Of a DNA stretch of 13,458 nucleotides, positions 4,837 through 12,933 are shown piece by piece (the first letter of the stretch is position 1; the number at the start of each line of letters is the position of its first letter). A program made the translations under genes and the position numbers. Source of the DNA: an uncultured Clostridium sp. (GTDB lineage: Bacteria > Bacillota > Clostridia > TANB77 > CAG-508); assembly GCA_948465625.1 (NCBI GenBank), contig CAOJXM010000007.1:1-13458 (forward strand), written 5' to 3'. The notes under the pieces are model-generated. The model searched no databases. It was given only the letters and a program-made list of their open reading frames with translations, and was not told the DNA's origin.

Positions 4837-7089
4837 TTATTTATGATGTTCCATATAATCTTCAAAATCAGGTTTTGATAGTGGTTTCGAATAATAGTAA
4901 CCTTGTACAATATTACAATTTAAGTTCTTTACATAGTCTAGTTGCTCTTTTGTTTCAACCCCTTCTACAATGGTTTTAACCCCTAATTGTTTAGCAAGGA
5001 AAGCAATATAGTTAATAATATTATCATTACTATTTAAGTTGGCTTTATCCACAAAAACCTTGTCAATTTTAATAATATCAATTGGCATATTTTGTAACAT
5101 ACTAAGAGAAGAATAGCCAGTACCGAAATCGTCAATCGATATAACAAAACCTTTTTTCTTTATGGTATTTAAAATAGATAAGATGTCTGTGCCTTGTTCT
5201 GCTGTTGCACTTTCGGTAATTTCTAAATCAATGCTGTTAGGTTCTAATCCATACTTTTTGCAAATCTTTACATATTCGTCAATAAAGTGTTCATTTACAA
5301 AATTTTCTTTTGATACATTAATGGAAACAGTTGGTACAAAATCGTAATTTTTTCTCCAGGTAGCTAAATCTTGACAAACTTGCTCAAAAATGTATAAATC
5401 TAATTTACGAATGAATTTGTTCTTCTCAAATAAAGGAATAAATTTATCAGGTGGAATCATCTCTCCATCTTTATACCAACGTACTAAAGCTTCTGCACCA
5501 ACTAATTTATCATTATTGGCACGGATTTTTGGTTGATACACAATTTTAAATTCCTTATTTTTTAAAGCACTTTCCATACAAGCTTCAATTTGTTGTTCTT
5601 CCATTAATTTATGTTCTAATACATCATCAAAAATATAGTAATAGGTATCATATAGACCTTTTATTTTAGAACGAGCCATAAAAGATTTATCTAATAATTT
5701 ATTAATATCAGTATCATTTTGTTTTAGTCTATAAACTCCCATTGATAAATTAATTGGAACATCTATGTTGTTTATTTTTAAAATCGAAGCATGTTTATAT
5801 AATTTATCTAATAAAGTTTCGATTTTTTTCTCATAACTAAAAATCGTTGCAAATACATCATTAGAAATTCTACAAGTAATATTATCACTTGGTAGATGTT
5901 CTAATAGTTTTTCGCCAAGTGCTTTTAGAATTTCATTACAAAATTCATAACCATAAATGTTGTTTAAAGCTTTAAATTTATTAATATCAAAAGTAAGAAT
6001 ATAAGCATTTTTAAAGCCATTTTTTAGGTAGTTTGAGCCATTTTCTCTAAAATAGGTTTCATTACCAAGTCGTGTTACAGGGTCAATGTAAGCAACTTGA
6101 TATAGATTATGGTTCTTCTTTTGGTTTTCTATATCAATATAGATAGTAGTACCAATTACAGTAAGGTTAATTAAAAAGCATACACCAAAAGAAATAGATA
6201 AAAACATAAGAAGTTCTTTGGCAATTGTAGTATCTGGTGCTAATGTTACAACATACCAATCATTTACATTCACCTTTTCATAGTGGATGAAATGAGTACT
6301 TCTATCTAATTTTACATCAAAAGTACCAACTTGTAAGTTCTTAATATTTTGAGCCATCACATCAAATTTGTTTACATCTTCTTCATGAGTTAGATAGTGT
6401 TCTTTCATATAGTCAAAGAAGTTAACATTATTTTCTTTTATTTCATCAAAAGAATCAATTAAGATAGAACCATTGTTATTAATTAAATAAGTACCACCTT
6501 TACCATTAAATAAACGTCTTAATAAGATTTCTTTGTAATCTTCTGTATTAATAGTAGCAAATAACACTAATTCTTCACCATTTAAGCGAAAAACTTTAGA
6601 ATAGATATTTACTTGGTTGTTAGAAACAGTACTTGGCCTATTTTCAGATAGATAAACATCATCTGTACTATTAAAAAATTCCTGGATATTAGCATAATTT
6701 TGAACAATATGACCATCACTGGTGGTACCATTACCATTTTTGTCTAAAATAACAAGTCTAGTAATATTATAATCTTCTAAATCACCTTCAAAACGTTCAA
6801 AGATTTCTTGTGGTGTTTTAAAATAGCCATGACCAATAGAGTCCACCATAATTTCTACAAATTTTTTATGGTCGGTTATGGCCAAATTTAATTGAGCAGC
6901 AGTTTGCTCACTTAGTTCTGTTATGTTGTTATAAATATTGTGATAGGTTAAATCCTTAATATAAGTAATGTAGAAGAAAGATAGAATCAGTACCACAACA
7001 AAAATAGAAAGAACCCACTTAATATTTAATTTGTAGTGGTGGGCTTCGATATATCGACTTAAGTTTTTATCTTTATTTTTCCCTTTCAT
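4837..7089 (-). CDS. Membrane sensor protein: TM, Cache-like extracytoplasmic domain, TM, degenerate GGDEF domain, EAL domain (predicted c-di-GMP phosphodiesterase)
   Basis: 750-aa ORF. GAGGTG (rc of 7095-7100) lies before ATG 7089. The TMs are WVLSIFVVVLILSFFYITYI and LLMFLSISFGVCFLINLTVIGTTIYI, separated by about 245 aa; the Cache call for that region is inference from architecture. The GGDEF-fold region is DPVTRLGNETYF…FDINKFKALNNIYGYEFCNEIL…RISNDVF, with SNDVF (5851-5865) in place of GG[DE]EF. The EAL domain has EALVRW (EAL at 5485-5493), SINVS, EITE, DDFGTGYSSL, KIDK, EGVET and QGYYYSKP. Confidence 0.9.
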   Translation of the reverse strand: MKGKNKDKNLSRYIEAHHYKLNIKWVLSIFVVVLILSFFYITYIKDLTYHNIYNNITELSEQTAAQLNLAITDHKKFVEIMVDSIGHGYFKTPQEIFERFEGDLEDYNITRLVILDKNGNGTTSDGHIVQNYANIQEFFNSTDDVYLSENRPSTVSNNQVNIYSKVFRLNGEELVLFATINTEDYKEILLRRLFNGKGGTYLINNNGSILIDSFDEIKENNVNFFDYMKEHYLTHEEDVNKFDVMAQNIKNLQVGTFDVKLDRSTHFIHYEKVNVNDWYVVTLAPDTTIAKELLMFLSISFGVCFLINLTVIGTTIYIDIENQKKNHNLYQVAYIDPVTRLGNETYFRENGSNYLKNGFKNAYILTFDINKFKALNNIYGYEFCNEILKALGEKLLEHLPSDNITCRISNDVFATIFSYEKKIETLLDKLYKHASILKINNIDVPINLSMGVYRLKQNDTDINKLLDKSFMARSKIKGLYDTYYYIFDDVLEHKLMEEQQIEACMESALKNKEFKIVYQPKIRANNDKLVGAEALVRWYKDGEMIPPDKFIPLFEKNKFIRKLDLYIFEQVCQDLATWRKNYDFVPTVSINVSKENFVNEHFIDEYVKICKKYGLEPNSIDLEITESATAEQGTDILSILNTIKKKGFVISIDDFGTGYSSLSMLQNMPIDIIKIDKVFVDKANLNSNDNIINYIAFLAKQLGVKTIVEGVETKEQLDYVKNLNCNIVQGYYYSKPLSKPDFEDYMEHHK

Positions 7090-7123
7090 AAATCACCTCA
7101 AAAATTGTCTATATTTGTAAATG

Positions 7124-7132
7124 ATTATAACA
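7124..7132 (-). promoter_or_regulatory. Extended -10 element (TGtTATAAT on the minus strand) for the GGDEF-EAL gene
   Basis: The rc of attataaca (7124-7132) is TGTTATAAT, about 35 nt upstream of ATG 7089. There is no convincing -35. Confidence 0.4.
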
Positions 7133-7198
7133 TACTTTTCCAGAAAAGGAAGTATTTTTATAAATTTTTTTAAAAATCCTCCTATTTTAAAAAAATTG

Positions 7199-7207
7199 TG
7201 TTATACT
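7199..7207 (+). promoter_or_regulatory. Extended -10 element (TGtTATACT) for the acetyltransferase/antiporter pair
   Basis: TG (7199-7200), T, TATACT (7202-7207), about 22 nt upstream of ATG 7230. The RBS AAAGGGGAAG (7219-7228) lies in between. Confidence 0.4.
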
Positions 7208-7229
7208 ATTAAAATAAAAAAGGGGAAGA

Positions 7230-7812
7230 ATGATGAGTGAGAAAGACAAAATGTTATTAGGAGAAATTTATAATGCAAATTATGATAAAGAGTTGATAAA
7301 GGAAAGAGAAAAAGCTAAAGATTTGTGTTATGAATACAATGTAATAAAACCTTCTAATCTAAAGAAAAGACAAGAAATGATGAAGAAAATATTAGGAAGT
7401 ACAAAGGAGCAGTTCCTAATTGAACAGCCATTTATGTGTGATTATGGGTATAATATAAAAATTGGAGAAAATTTTTATGCCAATCACAACTTAGTGATAT
7501 TAGATGCTAATTTTGTTGAATTTGGTGATAATGTGTTTATTGCACCCAATTGTGGGTTCTATACAGCAGGACATCCAATTGATGTACAAAGAAGAAATCA
7601 AGGTTTGGAATATGCCAAATCAATCAAAGTAGGAAATAATGTATGGATTGGTGGAAATGTAGTAGTATTACCAGGAGTAACAATAGGAGATAATACAGTG
7701 ATACGGAGCAGGAAGTGTAGTAAATAAAGATGTTCCAGCAAATAGTGTAGCAGTAGGAAATCCATGTAGAGTGATTAGAAAAATAGAAGACAAAGGAGGA
7801 AGCAAAAAATGA
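7230..7812 (+). pseudogene. maa: Maltose/galactoside O-acetyltransferase (Maa/LacA hexapeptide-repeat family) interrupted by a +1 frameshift near 7704
   Basis: The N-terminal Mac-type segment is EKDKMLLGEIYNANYDKELIKEREKAKDLCYEYN. The left-handed beta-helix repeats are IGENFYANHNLVILDANFVEFGDNVFIAPNCGFYTAGHP…[25 protein letters not shown]. The listed ORF then reads RSRKCSK and stops at 7727. The next frame from 7705 reads [35 protein letters not shown] with a stop at 7810-7812, which is the canonical family C-terminus. Deleting C7704 (ATA-C-GGA) restores a single frame. Confidence 0.85.
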
Positions 7813-8765
7813 TAGTATCCATTATGTTAATTGCAATAGGATTTGTTTTATTAATCAAAGGAGCCGATTTTTTAGTAGATGGTTCTAGTAACATTGCTAA
7901 AAAATTTCATATTCCAGAAATTATTATAGGATTAACCATTGTATCAATTGGTACTTCTATGCCAGAACTATTTGTTAGTATCACTTCAGCACTAGAAGGA
8001 CATTCGGATATGGCAATGGGCAATGTAATAGGAAGCAATGTATGTAATTTGTTACTTATTTTAGGTTTATCCACTGTAATTCATCCAGTAAAGTTTCAAA
8101 GAGAAACTAGACTAATAGAAATTCCCATGTGCTTAGCATTAACCATTATTTTTATGATACTTTGTAATACCAATACAGGCATTACAAGAGGAGAAGCAGG
8201 TGTACTAATAGGACTTTTTATTTTATTTATTCTATATACGATTGTTATGGGAATAAAAGGAGAAAAGTTTGATGGTCAAGATAATGACCAAAACAAGGAA
8301 GCAAGTACCAATGTATCGATGTTAAAAAGTATTTTATATGTTGTGTTAGGAATCGTTGGGTTAAAAATAGGAGGAGATTTAACAGTAGAACATAGTGTTA
8401 AAATAGCACAACAATTTCAAATTAGTGAGCAAATTATTAGTTTAACGATATTGGCGGTTGGGACAAGTCTACCAGAGTTAGTAACCAGTGTTACCGCTGC
8501 AAGAAAGGGGAACAGTGATATTGCCATTGGAAATATTATTGGTTCTAACATTTTTAATATGTTACTAATTATTGGAGTAACAGCACTCATCAAACCAATT
8601 ACTTATAATGTTGTTTACAATGTACAACTAATTATTCTTGTGGTAGCCACTTTGTTATTGTCTTTCTTTCCGATTATACCACCTAAAAATGAAATGAATC
8701 GACCAAATGGATTGGTGTATCTGGCTTTTTATGTGATTTATTTAATGATTTTATTTCAAATTTAA
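7809..8765 (+). CDS. Ca2+/Na+ antiporter, CaCA (YrbG-like) family
   Basis: 318 aa and polytopic. The two alpha-repeats are [10 protein letters not shown]…[10 protein letters not shown] and [10 protein letters not shown]…[16 protein letters not shown] (7794-7799) lies 9 nt before ATG 7809. That ATG overlaps the restored acetyltransferase stop as ATGA (7809-7812). Confidence 0.9.
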   Translation: MIVSIMLIAIGFVLLIKGADFLVDGSSNIAKKFHIPEIIIGLTIVSIGTSMPELFVSITSALEGHSDMAMGNVIGSNVCNLLLILGLSTVIHPVKFQRETRLIEIPMCLALTIIFMILCNTNTGITRGEAGVLIGLFILFILYTIVMGIKGEKFDGQDNDQNKEASTNVSMLKSILYVVLGIVGLKIGGDLTVEHSVKIAQQFQISEQIISLTILAVGTSLPELVTSVTAARKGNSDIAIGNIIGSNIFNMLLIIGVTALIKPITYNVVYNVQLIILVVATLLLSFFPIIPPKNEMNRPNGLVYLAFYVIYLMILFQI

Positions 8766-8805
8766 AAAAGCAAGTAGTCTTTAATAAAAGGCTATTTGCT
8801 TTTTT
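8764..8805. terminator. Long bidirectional hairpin terminator between the CaCA and DUF1836 genes
   Basis: AAAAAAGCAAGTAG-TCTTT (8764-8782), loop AATA, AAAGG-CTATTTGCTTTTTT (8787-8805). The stem is about 19 bp with one G-T pair, and the A-run and T-run flanks suit both directions. It overlaps the last codons of the minus-strand gene. Confidence 0.6.
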
Positions 8806-9313
8806 TAGAAGTTATATTTTCAACATAAATCTTATAACTACAAGAAAGTAAAACCGATTTTAATAAATACAAATTATCGCTACTAGAGTGCTTGTCTATA
8901 AAATCTTTTCTGTTATAAGTACAAAGTAATGCTTCTTCAAATAATTTACAGAAATTGTTATAGGCAAGTTGCACATTGGAATCAGTAAGAGCAATGTCAA
9001 TTAATTTCTTAATATCGTGCATACTATAAACTTGTTTTAACACACAAATTACAAATAATTTAGCAAGTTGAATTTTAGCGTATTGCTTTTTTACAGGTGG
9101 GTCAATTAAATTGTTTTTTACATAATTATTAATCATGGTTTTGGTAAGAAGTTCATTTTCTCCTTTTGGTTGGTTTGAACAAAAAAAGATATAAGGAGAT
9201 AAACAAGAGTTAACAAAAGTAACAACTTGGTCTAAATACAAGTCGATACTTGGCAATTCTTTCCACCTTGGGATATGAAAATTTTCAAGTGAAATACTAT
9301 TTTTACTATCCAT
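8792..9313 (-). CDS. DUF1836 domain-containing protein
   Basis: 173 aa. AAGGAGC (rc of 9321-9327) lies before ATG 9313. The segments LPSIDLYLDQVVTFV…LTKTMINNYVKNNLIDPPVKKQYAKIQLAKLFVICVLKQVYSMHDIKKLI match the DUF1836 signature as I recall it (LTKTMINNY.K..L..PP.KKKY…LK.VLSI.DI). Confidence 0.8.
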   Translation of the reverse strand: MDSKNSISLENFHIPRWKELPSIDLYLDQVVTFVNSCLSPYIFFCSNQPKGENELLTKTMINNYVKNNLIDPPVKKQYAKIQLAKLFVICVLKQVYSMHDIKKLIDIALTDSNVQLAYNNFCKLFEEALLCTYNRKDFIDKHSSSDNLYLLKSVLLSCSYKIYVENITSKKSK

Positions 9314-9368
9314 TACAATCGCTCCTTTTTCTCTATCTTACCATTTTTCGAACAGCTAGTCAACTGTA

Positions 9369-9397
9369 TTGACATAGTAATATGAAAATGATAATCT
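9369..9397 (+). promoter_or_regulatory. Sigma-A type promoter for the NMO-family gene
   Basis: TTGACA (9369-9374), 17-nt spacer ending in TGA, TAATCT (9392-9397). The RBS AAGGAGG lies at 9415-9421. Confidence 0.45.
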
Positions 9398-9430
9398 AGT
9401 ATAACAAACTAGATAAGGAGGTTTGATAAA

Positions 9431-10483
9431 ATGAAAGGGATTAAAGTAGGAGAAAAACAATCCCAATATCCAATTATGCAAGGAGGCATGGGAGTAGGTG
9501 TTTCGATGCATAATTTAGCGGGAAATGTTAGCAAAGAAGGTGGAATTGGACTAATTTCTACGGCAGATATTGGTTATCAAGAAGAGGATTTTCATACCAA
9601 TCCATTACAAGCTAATTTAAGAGCAATTGGAAAAGAAATAAAAAAAGCAAGAGAAATAGCAGGAGAAGATAAAATATTAGGAGTTAATATCATGGTAGCA
9701 TTAAACCATTATAAAGAGATTGTAAAGGAGTGTGTAAAAAACAAAATTGACTTAATTGTTTCTGGAGCTGGGATTCCAAAAGAATTACCAGAATATGTAC
9801 AAGGAACGTCTACTAAAATTGCACCAATCGTATCTTCGCTTAGGTGTTGTAAGCTAATTGTAAAACATTGGATTAAGAAATACAATTATGTTCCAGATAT
9901 GATTGTAATAGAAGGACCAGAAGCAGGGGGACATTTAGGTTTTAAAGAAGAAGAACTAGAAGAAGAAAACAAGCCAAATTTAGAAGAAATCACAAAAGAA
10001 ATCGTAGACTATATAGAGGAAGTAAAACAAGAACACCATAAGGAAATACCAGTCATTTCAGCAGGAGGAATTTGGGATAAAAACGATATAAAGAAATACT
10101 TACAATTAGGAGCAAGTGGAGTACAAATGGCAACTCGATTTGTAGCAACCTATGAATGCGATGCATCGAATGCTTTTAAACAAGCCTATGTTCAAGCCAA
10201 AAAAGAAGATGTACAAATTATACACAGTCCAGTTGGTATGCCAGGTAGAGCGGTATACAATTCGTTTGTTCAAAAACAGAAAGAGCAAAAAGCAAAAATA
10301 GAAAAGTGTTACCAATGCATTCGAACTTGTAATGTGGCAACAACGCCATATTGCATTACAAAGGCTTTAATCAATGCAGTAAAGGGAAACATGGAAAATG
10401 CCTTAATTTTTTGTGGAAGTAATGTAGATAAAGTAAAAGAAATAATCTCAGTGCATGATTTAATGCAAGAGTTGACTTGTTAA
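9431..10483 (+). CDS. NMO-family (nitronate monooxygenase / 2-nitropropane dioxygenase-like) FMN-dependent oxidoreductase
   Basis: 350 aa. Family motifs are YPIMQGGMGVGVS, GGIGLIS, IEGPEAGGHLG, ISAGGIW and GVQMATRF, followed by a Cys-rich tail CYQCIRTCN…YCITKAL. I do not call it FabK because the FabK-type QGGMAWV motif is absent. Confidence 0.85.
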   Translation: MKGIKVGEKQSQYPIMQGGMGVGVSMHNLAGNVSKEGGIGLISTADIGYQEEDFHTNPLQANLRAIGKEIKKAREIAGEDKILGVNIMVALNHYKEIVKECVKNKIDLIVSGAGIPKELPEYVQGTSTKIAPIVSSLRCCKLIVKHWIKKYNYVPDMIVIEGPEAGGHLGFKEEELEEENKPNLEEITKEIVDYIEEVKQEHHKEIPVISAGGIWDKNDIKKYLQLGASGVQMATRFVATYECDASNAFKQAYVQAKKEDVQIIHSPVGMPGRAVYNSFVQKQKEQKAKIEKCYQCIRTCNVATTPYCITKALINAVKGNMENALIFCGSNVDKVKEIISVHDLMQELTC

Positions 10484-10488
10484 TAAAA

Positions 10489-10515
10489 GGATAGCAAAAA
10501 ATGCTATTCTTTTTT
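10489..10515 (+). terminator. Rho-independent terminator after the NMO gene
   Basis: GGATAGCA (10489-10496), loop AAAAA, TGCTATTC (10502-10509) with one G-T pair, followed by TTTTTT (10510-15). Confidence 0.7.
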
Positions 10516-10556
10516 GTATATTTATGATAAAATAGCCACAAAGGGGAGAAGGAAAA

Positions 10557-11501
10557 GTGAAATTTAAATTAGGATTTGTACAACGTCGAATGAAGTTAGA
10601 AAAACAGAAAATAATAATGGGCTTAAGTGTAGCAATCATGGTAATACTCTTTTTTACCAGTATGACATTACTAAATTATACAGGCTATCTTTTTGGGTTA
10701 AAAGATTTAGATACAAACGAAAAAATCAATCGATTTTATCATTCTAAGCATTATTTAGCCAATCTACATTATGAACAAGTAGTAGACACTAAAAAATATG
10801 TTCAAGTAGAAACCACACAAAAAAAGGAATGGGTAATGGTAGGAGCACAAGGAGGTATGGTTGCTAATTTACCAGAAACCAAAACAACTAAAAATTATAG
10901 AGTATATTTATTAGAAAGCAAAGATAACATTGTAATTTTCTGTTGTAATCATAAAGAGGTAGATTTATCAAACAAAGTAGTAAAAGTAAGTAATCAATAT
11001 AAAAAAGATAAAGTAAATGAAGAGATTATAAAGCAATTAGAAAAGGTAGATAAACCTGTTTACGTATTTTATTCTGTACCAGTTAGCAATATTTCCAACA
11101 TTGTAGTAGAAATTGGTATCGTGCTAGTGTTATGGGTAATCTATTGGATGATTAGCCATGCCAAAATCTTGCAAAAAAATTCTATGTTAGGAAAAAGGAT
11201 ACAAGAATTTGGAAAAGATTATGAAACAGTAGTAAAAGAAATCAATGAGCAAGTAAAGGAGCCTATCTATCAAACAGGAAATGTAATAATAACAAAAGAT
11301 TATGTTATATTGCTACAACAAAAAAATACAGATATTATACCAATTAAAAAAATAACATCAATTACAAGTAAACCAAGTGAAAAATATCCAGATGAAGTAA
11401 TTCATATAGAATTAATAGAACAAGATAAAACCTATTGTTTTGATGTCTATGAAAAAGAAACAGAAATAAAAATAATAAATCATATACAAGGAGGAATATA
11501 A
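10557..11501 (+). CDS. Hypothetical membrane protein: TM, domain of about 140 aa, TM, beta-rich C-terminal domain of about 115 aa
   Basis: GTG 10557 has GGGGAG (10543-10548) 8 nt upstream. In-frame ATGs a few codons downstream (MKLEK…, MGLSV…) are possible alternative starts. The TMs are IIMGLSVAIMVILFFTSMTLL and IVVEIGIVLVLWVIYWMI. The C-terminal part is IYQTGNVIITKDYVILLQQKNTDIIPIKKITSITSKP…VIHIELIEQDKTYCFDV. I recognise no family with confidence. Confidence 0.65.
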   Translation: MKFKLGFVQRRMKLEKQKIIMGLSVAIMVILFFTSMTLLNYTGYLFGLKDLDTNEKINRFYHSKHYLANLHYEQVVDTKKYVQVETTQKKEWVMVGAQGGMVANLPETKTTKNYRVYLLESKDNIVIFCCNHKEVDLSNKVVKVSNQYKKDKVNEEIIKQLEKVDKPVYVFYSVPVSNISNIVVEIGIVLVLWVIYWMISHAKILQKNSMLGKRIQEFGKDYETVVKEINEQVKEPIYQTGNVIITKDYVILLQQKNTDIIPIKKITSITSKPSEKYPDEVIHIELIEQDKTYCFDVYEKETEIKIINHIQGGI

Positions 11502-11502
11502 T

Positions 11503-11985
11503 ATGGGAGGGATTAGTGTACTTCTTTTAATGGGAATTATATCAACTATGTTTTATATTTTTATAGCAACCTTTTTACTACTAATAATCTATTTGTTAAT
11601 AACCTATACTTTTGAGAGTTTTGCCTTAATGAGAATGAGTCAAAAGGTAGGTGAAAAATTGCCAATCTTAGCATGGATACCAGGTTATAATAAGTATCTA
11701 TTAGGAAAACTTGCTGGTAGCAAAAGTTTTGGTATAGTTTTAGCAATTGTAAATCTTTTTACAATCGCAATGGGGTTATACTGCTACGTTGCAAAGACAA
11801 GCCAAATAGAGCATTTTGGAATATTTTTACTAAGTGTTGCTATTGGTTTTATATTAGATAACATAGTATCTCATAAGCTTTATAAAAAAGTAACGCAGAA
11901 ATATGCAGATATTTTAACTGTTTTTAGTGTCTTGAGTTTAGGAATGTTAAGACCAGTATTTTTATTTGTCATTCGAAATAAGTAA
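11503..11985 (+). CDS. Hypothetical polytopic membrane protein (160 aa)
   Basis: ATG 11503 lies 1 nt after the upstream TAA (11499-11501). AAGGAGGA (11488-11495) sits inside the end of the upstream gene, so the pair is translationally coupled. There are four hydrophobic segments and an AWIPGYNKYLLGKLAG motif. Confidence 0.7.
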   Translation: MGGISVLLLMGIISTMFYIFIATFLLLIIYLLITYTFESFALMRMSQKVGEKLPILAWIPGYNKYLLGKLAGSKSFGIVLAIVNLFTIAMGLYCYVAKTSQIEHFGIFLLSVAIGFILDNIVSHKLYKKVTQKYADILTVFSVLSLGMLRPVFLFVIRNK

Positions 11986-12002
11986 AATTAATAAAAAAAT
12001 GA

Positions 12003-12030
12003 TTGACAAAAGACATATAAATCATATACA
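12003..12030 (+). promoter_or_regulatory. Candidate sigma-A promoter for the KilA-N gene
   Basis: TTGACA (12003-12008), 16-nt spacer, TATACA (12025-12030). The RBS AAGGAGG lies at 12054-12060. Confidence 0.4.
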
Positions 12031-12064
12031 ATCAAACAAAAGTTCTTAAAATTAAGGAGGTAGT

Positions 12065-12865
12065 ATGAGAGAATTTAATGTTTTAGATACAAAGATTACT
12101 TATTTCAATATAAATGATGAAGATTATATATCATTAACAGATATGTTAAAGTCAAAGGATGGAGAGTTTTTTATTTCAGATTGGTTAAGAAATAGAAATA
12201 CAATAGAATTTTTAGGCATTTGGGAAGAATTACACAATACAAATTTTAATTATGGCGAATTCGCCATAATTAAAAGTCAAGCTGGCCTAAATAGTTATAA
12301 AATAAGTGTTAAAGAATGGGTTAATAAAACAAATAGTATTGGAGTTGTGGCAAAAACAGGAAGATATGGGGGAACTTATGCACATAAAGATATTGCGTTT
12401 GAGTTTGGAATGTGGATTAGTCCAAAATTCAAACTATTATTAATTAAAGAGTTTGAAAGATTAAAGGCAGAAGAACAAAAGCAAGTGGGATGGAATGCTA
12501 AAAGAGAGCTTTCAAAAATAAACTATAAGATTCATACAGATGCAATAAGAAAAAATTTACTTCCAAAAAAATTAACAAAATATGAAACCAGTATGGTTTA
12601 TGCAGAAGAAGCAGATGTGTTAAATATGGCAATATTTGGAATGACAGCTAAACAATGGAGAGAGAACAATCCAAATAAGCGAGGAAATGTCAGAGATTAT
12701 GCTAATATAAATGAATTAATATGTTTAGCAAATTTAGAAAATATAAATTCCATTTATGTAAATGAAGGAATCAAACAATCTGATAGACTAATTAGATTAA
12801 ATAAAATTGCTATTTCTCAAATGGAGATATTAACAGAAACCAACAAGAAAATACTCATTCAATAG
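12065..12865 (+). CDS. KilA-N domain-containing protein (phage/mobile-element-type DNA-binding domain)
   Basis: 266 aa. The segments YISLTDMLK…FISDWLRNRNTIEFLGIWEELHN… and GRYGGTYAHKDIAFEFGMWISPKFKLLLIKEFERL form the characteristic KilA-N core. The C-terminal half (INYKIHTDAIRKNLLP…ADVLNMAIFGMTAKQWRENNP) is typical of the bacterial stand-alone members as I recall them. Confidence 0.85.
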   Translation: MREFNVLDTKITYFNINDEDYISLTDMLKSKDGEFFISDWLRNRNTIEFLGIWEELHNTNFNYGEFAIIKSQAGLNSYKISVKEWVNKTNSIGVVAKTGRYGGTYAHKDIAFEFGMWISPKFKLLLIKEFERLKAEEQKQVGWNAKRELSKINYKIHTDAIRKNLLPKKLTKYETSMVYAEEADVLNMAIFGMTAKQWRENNPNKRGNVRDYANINELICLANLENINSIYVNEGIKQSDRLIRLNKIAISQMEILTETNKKILIQ

Positions 12866-12868
12866 AAC

Positions 12869-12897
12869 AACCTTACACAAATGTAAGGTTACTTTTG
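12869..12897 (+). terminator. Rho-independent terminator after the KilA-N gene
   Basis: AACCTTACA (12869-12877), loop CAAA, TGTAAGGTT (12882-12890), a perfect 9-bp stem followed by ACTTTTG. Confidence 0.65.
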
Positions 12898-12933
12898 TGG
12901 ATTTATGGTATAATAAGGAAGGAGGGGAAGAAA

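Noticed and set aside
5162-11746. Short ORFs 5162-5347 (+), 10106-10315 (-) and 11561-11746 (-)
   Set aside because: Each is embedded antisense in a longer, better-supported gene (GGDEF-EAL, NMO, membrane protein). They have no RBS and no recognisable motifs.
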